A DNA stretch of 55,170 bases from Deltaproteobacteria bacterium (lineage in GTDB: Bacteria > Myxococcota_A > Polyangia > Polyangiales > B10-G4), in contig QMMC01000001.1 in NCBI GenBank assembly GCA_003647065.1, positions 1-55,170 on the forward strand, written 5' to 3'. Positions 18,892-27,244 of the stretch are shown in pieces. Position numbers and translations under genes: made by a program. Every line of letters starts with the position of its first letter. Positions within the stretch are counted from its first letter, which is position 1. The notes under the pieces were generated by a model. It saw nothing but the letters and a program-made list of their open reading frames with translations. It had not been told where the DNA came from and searched no databases.

Positions 18892-20913
18892 GTGAACGTT
18901 CGGGGCGTGAGTGTGTTGGTCGCGATCTGCACCGCGGCCACGTTGCTCGGTGTCGCGTGCGGAGACTCGGCCATCGACCCGGGGGCCGATAGCGGCGCGG
19001 GCTCCGACGGGGGCCTCGACGGCGGGGACCGTGACGGGGCGACCGGGCCCGATGCCGACGCAGGCGACGACAGTGGAATGGTGCGCGACTCGGCTGTCGC
19101 GGACGACGGCCTGCGTCCGGTGCTCTCGGGCTTCCGGGTGGAGAACGCCCACCGAGATCGAGTCTACTTCGACAGCAGCGAGCCCATCACGGCCGCCACG
19201 GCGACGGGCTTCGTCGTCTCCGGCAGGTCCGCCGTCGGCATCTACGCCGAGCCGATCAGCCTGACGGGGCACTACCTCCTCGTGGACGCGGCTTTCGACT
19301 ACTGGGACACCACTACGGTCCGGTATGACGGGACTGGAGACGTGCAGGATCTCGAAGGCAACGGCCTCCACGAGTTCAGCCTTCAGTACGTCGACAACCT
19401 CCTGCCCGAGCCGGAAGCGACCGATCGCCTCTTCTTCGTCGACGCGTCCGCGAGCAGCTCGGGGGACGGCCGGTCCGAGGCCGAGGCCTTCAAGACCATC
19501 CAAGAGGGCTTCGACGCCATCGCCGGCGAAAGCACTCCCGAGGGCACCACCTTGTGGATCAAAGCGGGAGACTACGGCGGCGAGTCGATCGACATGACGA
19601 CGAGCGGCACGCCGGACAAACCGATCAAGGTCATCGGCTATCGGGACGCACCCGGCGACATCACCGCCATGTACTGGACCTACGGCAAGACCAACCCCCT
19701 CGTGGCGTCGGAGATGCCGCTCCTCGATGGTGGATCAACCGTCGAGCGGGCGATTCAGTTCAACAGCGACTACGTCATCTACCGAAACCTCCAGGCCAGG
19801 GACTACTACCGGACCTTCGTCGCGGAGGGCTCGCCCGAGGGCGTTGTCGTGGACAACTGCCTCGTGAACAACACCTTCAGAACCCACGGCAACGGCATCG
19901 GGTTCAAGGGACTGACGGCGACGCGAAACCGCATCATCAACTCGACGGTGGTCAACGCGTCCATGCTGAACTTCGCGATGCGGGGCAGCTACAGCCTCGT
20001 CGAGAACTGCCGGTCCTACGGCGATGACCGCGGCAACGCGACGGACTACTACCTGGACGTCAAGGGAAGCCACCACGTCATCCGGGAGAACCTGCTGCAT
20101 CGCGCAGAACACAACGGCCATGTCGGGCATGGGCTGTCGCTCAAGGGGCGAGCTATCGACAACAGCGAGACGGCAGTCTGGGTTGGGGAGCACACCTTGA
20201 TCGAGCGCTGCGAGGTCAACAACATCCGCCTCGCGATTCACTTCGGCCACAAAGAGGTGCGCTACAACGTGGTCCGAGACATCACTATTACCGGAGACGC
20301 TGCCCTCTCCGAGAACGGCAATGGCGGCATTCTGGTGCTCAACAGCTCACACAATCTCTTCGAGCGCATCTCGGTCGACATCGAGGGCGGCTATGCGATC
20401 CGCCTCGGCGCGACGTCTGAGGACCGGATCAGCGAGCACGGCGCCCACGACAACATCATCCGCAACTCCATCTTCAGAGGAGGGTCGGTTGCGGTGCAGG
20501 TCGGCTCCGACGGCGACTCGACGCAAGACCGGGACACCTTCGGAAACCAGATCGAGAACTGCACCTTCGTCGGTCACGAGTACCTCGAGTCCAATCCCAA
20601 CGGGAGGGTTCAGTCCGGTAATCAGCTCACCAACTGCATCGTCGACGGTACGAACCGCCGGACCTCAGTCGGCGGGAACCCCTCGTCGTTCACTTTTCGC
20701 TACACGAACTTCCACGAAAACGCCTTCCCGGAAGAGGCCGGTGAGGGAAACATGTCGGTCGATCCACAGTTCGTGGATGCGTCCGGTGGGGACCTCACGC
20801 CGCGGAATCCGGCGCTCGCTGCGGGTTTGCCCCTCGAAGGGGTGGCGTACGACTACGACGCACACGAACGAGACGAAGTGGCGCCGACCGTCGGGGCCTC
20901 CGAGGTTCCGTGA
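18892..20913 (+). CDS. Lipoprotein with parallel beta-helix (PbH1) repeats
   Basis: AGGAGG lies 8 nt upstream of GTG 18892. The signal is VNVRGVSVLVAICTAATLLGVAC. There are many N-x-C/I rungs (NCLVNNTF, INSTVVNAS, IERCEVNNI, IRNSIFRGG, IENCTFVG, LTNCIVDG). Confidence 0.8.
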   Translation: MNVRGVSVLVAICTAATLLGVACGDSAIDPGADSGAGSDGGLDGGDRDGATGPDADAGDDSGMVRDSAVADDGLRPVLSGFRVENAHRDRVYFDSSEPITAATATGFVVSGRSAVGIYAEPISLTGHYLLVDAAFDYWDTTTVRYDGTGDVQDLEGNGLHEFSLQYVDNLLPEPEATDRLFFVDASASSSGDGRSEAEAFKTIQEGFDAIAGESTPEGTTLWIKAGDYGGESIDMTTSGTPDKPIKVIGYRDAPGDITAMYWTYGKTNPLVASEMPLLDGGSTVERAIQFNSDYVIYRNLQARDYYRTFVAEGSPEGVVVDNCLVNNTFRTHGNGIGFKGLTATRNRIINSTVVNASMLNFAMRGSYSLVENCRSYGDDRGNATDYYLDVKGSHHVIRENLLHRAEHNGHVGHGLSLKGRAIDNSETAVWVGEHTLIERCEVNNIRLAIHFGHKEVRYNVVRDITITGDAALSENGNGGILVLNSSHNLFERISVDIEGGYAIRLGATSEDRISEHGAHDNIIRNSIFRGGSVAVQVGSDGDSTQDRDTFGNQIENCTFVGHEYLESNPNGRVQSGNQLTNCIVDGTNRRTSVGGNPSSFTFRYTNFHENAFPEEAGEGNMSVDPQFVDASGGDLTPRNPALAAGLPLEGVAYDYDAHERDEVAPTVGASEVP

Positions 20914-20967
20914 ATCGCCGAGGCGGCTCTTCGGTGCCGCCCGGCAGCCGAACGAGCGCCGTCCGCT

Positions 20968-22089
20968 TCAGGTGTCTGAAGCCTGAGGCACCGCGGAGAC
21001 CGAAGGCCCCCGCTTGCGCCAAGCGGCCGGCGAGACGCCGTTCCATCGGAGGAATGCCCGGTGGAACGAGCTGCGGTTGCCGTAGCCGAGACGCCACACG
21101 ACGTCATCGATGCTCAGGGACGGCGCGCTGAGGTACTCCTCGGCGCGCCGCCGGAGCACGTGGTCGAGGACCGCGCGATAGGAGGTCTTCTCTTCTGAGA
21201 GGCGTCGCTGGAGGGTCCGGGGCGAGACGCCGATCTCCTTGGCGACCTCCGTCGTTCCGCAGGTCGCGGGACGGTCTGCAGCGAGCAAGAGCGAGAGTAT
21301 CTGGGAGGTGATCTTCCCGGCGGCGGCATTCCTCAGGTGGTCGAGGGCACCCGCGAGCTGGGCGAGGACCACGGGGTCGTAGGCGAGGAATGCGGTGGTC
21401 GCTTCTTCGAGGCCCCAGCGCATGACGAGCTCGTCGCCGCCGTAGGTGATCGGACAACCGAAGAACGCGTCGTGGGCGCCGGCGTGGGCGGGGCGCAGGA
21501 AGGGAAAGGTCACCTGGCGCGGGGAGAGGGACCGGCCCGCGAGGTGCTCCGGGAACGCGACCCAGTGGGCAGCCACGGACTCGGCGATTTGAGGCGTCGG
21601 TGTGACGATCCCGTCCCGCCATCGAGCGCGGACGACGAACTCATCCCCTTCGGTGGCCGCCTGGCCGGTGATGGTGTTCGAGAAGAGCGCCGTGTGTTTC
21701 ATGTAGGCGCCGAAAGCATCCTGAACCGACCGCGAGGCGCCCATGTAGTGGCCGAGGACCGGAACCAGGCCGCGGATGGCCGCCGCACCGGAGCGGAGGG
21801 CAAACGCCGGGTCTTCGGACCGAGCCGCGAGGGCGCCCCAGAGCGCTTGCATCGAGCGCACGGGGATGCGCCGTGCCGGAGGTTTGAAGAGCTCTTCTTC
21901 GAGCCCGGCCACGGTCAGCACGGCGTCGATGTCGAATTGCGAGCGCTCAGCCCAGGCGAGTAGATGCGTGCCGACGGTGTTGATGATCCACAGGTCGGGG
22001 TCGGCGGCCACCGGCCGGAGGATGGCATGCGAAGAGAGAGAGCTGGCGGCATTTGTGATGGAGCCCCGCGGTCCGGTGGCTAGGTTCAT
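20968..22089 (-). CDS. AraC-family transcriptional regulator
   Basis: C-terminal double HTH: EVAKEIGVSPRTLQRRLSEE...IDDVVWRLGYGNRSSFHRAFLRWNGVSPAAWR. The start is uncertain because it is only 5 bp from the divergent gene start. Confidence 0.88.
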   Translation of the reverse strand: MNLATGPRGSITNAASSLSSHAILRPVAADPDLWIINTVGTHLLAWAERSQFDIDAVLTVAGLEEELFKPPARRIPVRSMQALWGALAARSEDPAFALRSGAAAIRGLVPVLGHYMGASRSVQDAFGAYMKHTALFSNTITGQAATEGDEFVVRARWRDGIVTPTPQIAESVAAHWVAFPEHLAGRSLSPRQVTFPFLRPAHAGAHDAFFGCPITYGGDELVMRWGLEEATTAFLAYDPVVLAQLAGALDHLRNAAAGKITSQILSLLLAADRPATCGTTEVAKEIGVSPRTLQRRLSEEKTSYRAVLDHVLRRRAEEYLSAPSLSIDDVVWRLGYGNRSSFHRAFLRWNGVSPAAWRKRGPSVSAVPQASDT

Positions 22090-22094
22090 GATCA

Positions 22095-22616
22095 GTGTCC
22101 CCCTCCACTCACAGCCGCGGCGTCCAAGTCACCCACTGGCTCAGCGCGGCCGGTATTTTCGCCCTCCTACCGATGGGCGTCGCCATGGCGGGCATGGCTG
22201 AGGACGACCCGACCCGCCTCTTGCTCACCCGCCTGCACGTCGTGGTGGGAATCGCGACGGCGCTACTCACCGTGTTGCGATTGATTTTCATCGCGAAGGG
22301 GCCCCGCCCCGAGCCCCTCGAGATGAGCACGCTGCACCACCTCGGCATCAAGGGCACCCACGTACTGCTCTACGTCATGCTCTTTGCGATCCTGGGCTCT
22401 GGCCTGTCCCTCTTTGGTGGAGGCGAACTCGCCGCCTATCTCTCCGGAGCGAGCGCCACGGCACCGGACTTCAGCGAGCTTCCGCCCCGTGCTGCCCACG
22501 GCAACCTTCCGATCGCCTACCTCGTCGTCGTGGTGGCGCATGTGGCCGGGTCGGTTCTTCACGAGGTTCGCCGCGGCGGCGTGCTTCGACGCATTGGCAT
22601 CCCTCGCCGCGGCTGA
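22095..22616 (+). CDS. Cytochrome b561-family membrane protein
   Basis: GTG start. Four TM helices with conserved His positions (THWLSA, RLHVVVG, GTHVLLY, VAHVAGSVLH), typical of CybB/YodB-type b561. Confidence 0.7.
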   Translation: MSPSTHSRGVQVTHWLSAAGIFALLPMGVAMAGMAEDDPTRLLLTRLHVVVGIATALLTVLRLIFIAKGPRPEPLEMSTLHHLGIKGTHVLLYVMLFAILGSGLSLFGGGELAAYLSGASATAPDFSELPPRAAHGNLPIAYLVVVVAHVAGSVLHEVRRGGVLRRIGIPRRG

Positions 22617-22631
22617 CGAGAGGAGTTCACT

Positions 22632-23573
22632 ATGGTGGTTGGAGGTACTGCGCCGATCTTCCGTGTGGTCTTCGTCCACCTCGGCGCCTACCTCTTCGCC
22701 TTCGTCGCCGGATCTGGCCTCGCCGTCGGGGCCTTCGAACTCTTCGGGGAGCACGCGACCTTGCCGCCGATGCCCCTCACGGTCATCGGGGCCGCCCTCT
22801 CCATATTTCTCGGTTTTCGGACGAACGCGGCCTACGGCCGCTACTGGGAAGCGCGCACGCTTTGGGGACGCGTGGTCAACGCCTCCCGGCACGTGGCGCA
22901 TCAAGCCCTCGCCTATCTTCCCGGCGATGTCGGCGATACCGCTGCGTCCGTGGCCCCTCCCTCGCCGGTGGCCGAGGCCTTGATCGTCCGCCAGGCGATC
23001 TATGCCCACGTGCTGCGTTGTCATTGCCGCGGCCAGGACCCGGCGGCGGATCAACACATCGTGCGCCTCGCTTCCGACGAGCAGGTGCGGGCCCTCGGGG
23101 TGACGACCAACCCACCGGCGCTCCTTCTACGACGATCCCTCGTCTCTCTCTCGGAGGCCGCGGCCCGGGGTGAGCTCTCCGAAGAGAAACTCCGCAGCTT
23201 CGACGCCAGCATTCGGGCGTTGATCGACGCCCAAGGGGGCATCGAGCGCATCCTCAAGACGCCGTTGCCCGTCTCCTACACCTACTATGCTCGGCGAATC
23301 ACGGTGCTCTATGGCCTCCTCCTGCCGTGGGCGTTGACCGGTCACCTCGGCCTCCTGACCCTCCTCATCGCGCCATCCGTTGCGATGGTCTTTCTTCTGA
23401 TCGACAACGCTGGCGACATCATCGAGCGGCCCTTCTCCCCCGGGGCTTTCGGGCTCCCGCTCTCGTCCCTCAGCCTGACGATCGAGCGGAACCTGAGGGA
23501 GCTGGTGGTGGACCCGAGTGAGCTTCCCGCGCCTGAGGCGATCGGTGGCCCGAAGAAGAACGTCCTGATGTGA
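22632..23573 (+). CDS. Bestrophin-family (UPF0187/YneE-like) anion channel
   Basis: The family hallmark SIFLGFRTNAAYGRYWEARTLWGRVVN is present. GGAG lies 7 nt upstream of the ATG. Confidence 0.85.
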   Translation: MVVGGTAPIFRVVFVHLGAYLFAFVAGSGLAVGAFELFGEHATLPPMPLTVIGAALSIFLGFRTNAAYGRYWEARTLWGRVVNASRHVAHQALAYLPGDVGDTAASVAPPSPVAEALIVRQAIYAHVLRCHCRGQDPAADQHIVRLASDEQVRALGVTTNPPALLLRRSLVSLSEAAARGELSEEKLRSFDASIRALIDAQGGIERILKTPLPVSYTYYARRITVLYGLLLPWALTGHLGLLTLLIAPSVAMVFLLIDNAGDIIERPFSPGAFGLPLSSLSLTIERNLRELVVDPSELPAPEAIGGPKKNVLM

Positions 23574-23619
23574 GGGCGTGCATTCTGCTGCACCCTCGCT
23601 GAGCAGGTATGCTCTCGCC

Positions 23620-24585
23620 ATGAGGGTCGAAATACTGGTCGTGGTGTGGGTCGCGGTGCTCGTCACGGCGTGCGGAGATGACGGTGCGCCGAGCGATGCC
23701 GGGGGCGACTCGGGGGCTATCGATACTGGCGCTCCGAGTGACGCTGGCGACGCGGGGGACGCCGGCGATGCCGATGTGGGCGCACCGGACGCCGGCTCGA
23801 CATCGATCGCGGAAGCCGACCTGGCCCCGCACCTCGCCGCCGCCTGGTGCAACGCCAATAGGCCGTGCTGCGAGGTCGACTCGATGGTGCCCGGAGATTG
23901 CGTAGCGGCCGCCCAGGCGGACATCGAGAGGATCCTGATGCGACCCCGCGACGGGATGGCCTACGACGCCGCCGAGGCGGGGCGCTGCGTCGCCGCCCTC
24001 GAAGCGCTCTCGACGGATTGCAGCGCGGCCCGGGCCAGCGCCTACGACTACCAGCGCCCGTGCTCGTTCGTCATCGACGGGACCGCGCCGCCCGGCGACG
24101 TTTGCGAAACCGCCGAGCAGTGCGATCGGCCGGCGGGGGGAATCGGAAGCTCTGCCACGGGCTATGTCGGCTGCGCCCCCTATGGCGGCGTCGCTGACAA
24201 GCGCTGCCGCGCCTTCGTGCCCACGACGACCGTCGGCGCCGCCTGCGAGATGGCGTTCATGGGCGAAGAGACGACAGTCTCGGTCTGCGCCGGCGGTGAC
24301 CTCTACTGTGGCGTGGGCGTGTGCCGCGAGGCCCAGGCTCTCGGGGAGCCGTGCGGTTCTTCGGAGAGTAGGTGTGGTGTCGACGCCTACTGCGAAGCCG
24401 GTGCCATCGTGTGCACCGCGCGGCCCGGAGATGGAGACGCGTGCACTATCGACGGCGAGTCGTGCATCGCCGGCCTCGAGTGCGCCTCGGATACCTGCCA
24501 GCGCACTGCACCCCTTCGCATCCCGAACCTCTGCCTCGGCCTCGCCTGCGTCGCCCAAGAACTCGCCTGCGCGCCGGTTCCGTAA
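23620..24585 (+). CDS. Cys-rich lipoprotein, unknown function
   Basis: MRVEILVVVWVAVLVTAC lipobox, then an acidic Asp/Gly/Ala linker and many paired Cys. Confidence 0.7.
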   Translation: MRVEILVVVWVAVLVTACGDDGAPSDAGGDSGAIDTGAPSDAGDAGDAGDADVGAPDAGSTSIAEADLAPHLAAAWCNANRPCCEVDSMVPGDCVAAAQADIERILMRPRDGMAYDAAEAGRCVAALEALSTDCSAARASAYDYQRPCSFVIDGTAPPGDVCETAEQCDRPAGGIGSSATGYVGCAPYGGVADKRCRAFVPTTTVGAACEMAFMGEETTVSVCAGGDLYCGVGVCREAQALGEPCGSSESRCGVDAYCEAGAIVCTARPGDGDACTIDGESCIAGLECASDTCQRTAPLRIPNLCLGLACVAQELACAPVP

Positions 24586-24606
24586 GCCGACGCAACGCGA
24601 GCTGCA

Positions 24607-25194
24607 CTACTCTTCCTTCTCGAAGAGCGACCTCAACGAGCGGTAGAGCTTGACGACGACATCGATGTCGTCCTTCAGTGTCCGTGGTTGCCCCAGAGCC
24701 CAAGCAAGCCCCTTGGTGTGGTCTCTCCGTGCGCGCACCGCCTTCGTGAAGGCCTCGGCCTCGGTCGCGACGGCAGCCTGCCTCCGGTCCTTGGCCACGG
24801 CGACGCCGGCCGTGGCTGTGGCGGCGTCGAAGAGGTAGAGCTTGCGGATGAGTTCTGCCTCGCCGGCGTCCAGCCAGGTGCCGTGCTCCGCGCAAACGTC
24901 GATCTCCACGCCGGACGCGGTCGAGGGTTCCATCGTCGCTTGGCACACGGGGCAGCTTGCTTCTTTGGTGGCGGCCGCTCGAAAGGGCCCGCCTTCTGCC
25001 TTGGCTTGGGGCTCTTCCTGTCCTCTTTCCGCGGCCATCGCGTAGGAGCGCTGCAGCAATTCTGGGAGTTGGTTCGCCACCAGGAGTTGGCTGGCTGCAT
25101 TGTCGAAAAACGCTCCCTGGCAGGGTCGACAACCCCACACCCGGTCCTCCTCGGAGAGGCTCTCGAGGTCCCCCCGACACCGCGGGCACATCAT
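24607..25194 (-). CDS. Double zinc-ribbon (zf-TFIIB-like) protein
   Basis: Two CPxC...C..C modules: CPRCRGDL..WGCRPCQGAFFD and CPVCQATM..IDVCAEHGTWLDAGE. No signal peptide. It starts 5 nt after the stop of the upstream lipoprotein gene. Confidence 0.7.
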   Translation of the reverse strand: MMCPRCRGDLESLSEEDRVWGCRPCQGAFFDNAASQLLVANQLPELLQRSYAMAAERGQEEPQAKAEGGPFRAAATKEASCPVCQATMEPSTASGVEIDVCAEHGTWLDAGEAELIRKLYLFDAATATAGVAVAKDRRQAAVATEAEAFTKAVRARRDHTKGLAWALGQPRTLKDDIDVVVKLYRSLRSLFEKEE

Positions 25195-25199
25195 GGCGG

Positions 25200-27119
25200 T
25201 CAGCGCGGGCTCACGTTGAAGTGGTGGAGGACGCCCGTGTCATAGCTTGCGTGATCGCTCACGTGCAGGGTCCAGGTCCCGACGACGGTGTGCGTCCCGA
25301 GGTCGATCGTCGCGCGATGCTCGAAGTCGTCTGCCGAGTCGCCCTGGCGGTCGGTGAGAACGTGTCGTGAGCCGTCGGGTGCTTCGACCCAGACGACGAG
25401 GTCACCACGCCAGCTGTGGGTGATGCGCACGGCGACCTCGGCTCGGCGCGACGAGGCCGGGTGGGCGACGTCGATCGTGGTTTGCACGCCGGCGGCGTCC
25501 GCGTCTGGGATCGCGAGGTCCAAGAGGCACTCGCCCTCGTGGGCCCAGGCCGCCATTCCTTGGCGCTGGCAATTGCCCTCGAAGGTCTGCCCGTTGCAGG
25601 TGCACACGGGGGCATAGAGGCCGCGACAGTAGATCGGACCCGCGGGCTCCGCTACGCAGATGCCGGGCTGCTCTGAGGTGCACGTCGGCCCTTCGGTCCA
25701 GCCCCGATCGCAGACCAAGCCCTCTTCGCAGAGCGTCCGGTCGCCGCATGCATCGCCCGCGCCGACGATCGGCGGGCAGTAGCGCTCGGTGCATGCCCAC
25801 CGGCCACCGCTGCACGAGCAGGTATTGCATCCGTCGTCGGTCGTATCGCCCTCGGCGCATTCCATCGGCGTCGTGCATTGCCAACCGCATCGCCCGGCCT
25901 CGCAGACCGCCGCGCCCAGGCAGAGGATGTGGTGGTAGGGGTTGTCGATGAGCGAACAGTCGGAGGTCTCGCCGCAGGTACCTGCCGAGCGGCAGGTCCG
26001 GTCCCCGGCGCAGTAGAGGGCGTCGCCGCAATCGGCGGTGGTCGAACAGGCATCGCCCTCGGACCCCGGGGCGACGGGCTGGCAGCTGAGGAAACATGGC
26101 CAGGTGATGCACCGAACGACCTCGTTCGGGCACTGAGTTCCGGCGGGGCAGTCTGCATCACCGAGGCAGCCCTTGCCGAAGGCCTCGACGGCCCCGACGC
26201 GGAAGCCCCAAGCGGTCACGGAGTAATCGCTGACCAGGCGAACACCGAGGTTTCCGGTCTCATATTCGCGGGTCGTGAAGGCTTCGAGGACTCCGGTAAA
26301 GGTGTCGAGGGTCTCCTCGGTGTCGAGGTCGACCACATGCACGAAATCGTAGCCGCGTTCGGTCTCGAGGCGGTCGAAGCGGATTCGAGCGCGGTCTGCG
26401 CCGCCGGAGAAGCGACGCAGGTCGGTCACTTCGTCGGTGTCGTTTGCATACGGGTGTGCGCTCTCGGTCGACGGGAGCTCGACGGTGGCCCAGACGTCGG
26501 TTCCGGGGCTGGGCGGGTCCGTGGGGGCCGCCGCGAAATCGAACTCGAGGCGCCAGGTGGCGAGGTGGCCGACGTCGCGCGCCGCGTGGTCGCTCACGCC
26601 GAGGGTCCATAGGCCGTCCGCAGGTTCGCCTTCGAAGGCTGTCGTGACGTCTTCGAAGATCGATAGGTTGTCTTCTCCGCCGCCGACGCGGTCGTGGAGG
26701 ACGTGCTCGGTGCCGGCGGGGGAGCGGAGGACGACCCGCAGATCCCCTCGCCACGTGTGACCGATCGTGACGCCTACGTGCAGCCGGGCCACGCTCGCGG
26801 GCGGCCGGTCGACGAGGATCGAAGCTTCGACCCCGGCGGGGTCTGCATCCGGAATGGTGAGGCGCTCGGTGTCATAGAACCGCGTCTGCGCTCGGCAGAC
26901 GCCCTCGGCAGGGCACGGCGGCCCCTCCGGGATGCAGACTCGGAAATCGCAGAGCTCACCATGATCGCAGTCGCCGTCGGCGAGGCAGACCGCACCCTCG
27001 AGGGCTTCCTGTTTGTCCTGGACCCCGATTGGAGTGCGGGCGCCTTCGGCCGCGCAGCCGAAGAGCAAAAAGGAACCGACGAGGAGCGTGAGGGGGCCAC
27101 GCGAGATGACGGATGACAT
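25200..27119 (-). CDS. Mosaic lipoprotein: P/homoB domain - CUB-like - Cys-rich region with pacifastin-like and Kazal-like motifs - P/homoB domain; no protease domain
   Basis: LLVGSFLLFGC lipobox. P-domain signatures occur twice (HTWRGDLRVVLRSPAGTEHVL...GLWTLGVSD and HSWRGDLVVWVEAPDGSRHVL...GTWTLHVSD). The CUB-like segment is SAHPYANDTD...YDFVHVVD...LVSDYSVTAWGF. CNTCSCSGGRWACTERYC fits the pacifastin Cys pattern. YAPVCTCNGQTFEGNCQ is Kazal-like. Confidence 0.75.
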   Translation of the reverse strand: MSSVISRGPLTLLVGSFLLFGCAAEGARTPIGVQDKQEALEGAVCLADGDCDHGELCDFRVCIPEGPPCPAEGVCRAQTRFYDTERLTIPDADPAGVEASILVDRPPASVARLHVGVTIGHTWRGDLRVVLRSPAGTEHVLHDRVGGGEDNLSIFEDVTTAFEGEPADGLWTLGVSDHAARDVGHLATWRLEFDFAAAPTDPPSPGTDVWATVELPSTESAHPYANDTDEVTDLRRFSGGADRARIRFDRLETERGYDFVHVVDLDTEETLDTFTGVLEAFTTREYETGNLGVRLVSDYSVTAWGFRVGAVEAFGKGCLGDADCPAGTQCPNEVVRCITWPCFLSCQPVAPGSEGDACSTTADCGDALYCAGDRTCRSAGTCGETSDCSLIDNPYHHILCLGAAVCEAGRCGWQCTTPMECAEGDTTDDGCNTCSCSGGRWACTERYCPPIVGAGDACGDRTLCEEGLVCDRGWTEGPTCTSEQPGICVAEPAGPIYCRGLYAPVCTCNGQTFEGNCQRQGMAAWAHEGECLLDLAIPDADAAGVQTTIDVAHPASSRRAEVAVRITHSWRGDLVVWVEAPDGSRHVLTDRQGDSADDFEHRATIDLGTHTVVGTWTLHVSDHASYDTGVLHHFNVSPR

Positions 27120-27131
27120 GACTTTCCTCCC

Positions 27132-27163
27132 GGAAATCCTGCTGGAAATCCCGCCGGGAATCC
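27132..27163 (-). promoter_or_regulatory. Three phased 12-bp direct repeats (GGAAATCC / GGAAATCC / GGGAATCC cores) abutting the RBS of the mosaic lipoprotein gene
   Basis: The plus strand reads GGAAATCCTGCT GGAAATCCCGCC GGGAATCC. On the coding strand the GGATTTCC cores are followed by GGGAGGAAAGTC-ATG. Confidence 0.6.
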
Positions 27164-27244
27164 GGACGAGCAGGTCGGATACGTCCTACATATGCCCACA
27201 TCTATCAACGACCACCCGTGCGCTTCGTCACGGGGTTTCCGGGG

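Noticed and set aside
27144-27163. GGGATTTCC on the coding strand matches the eukaryotic NF-kappaB site consensus
   Set aside because: Coincidental, with no bacterial relevance. The phased direct-repeat architecture is the meaningful observation.
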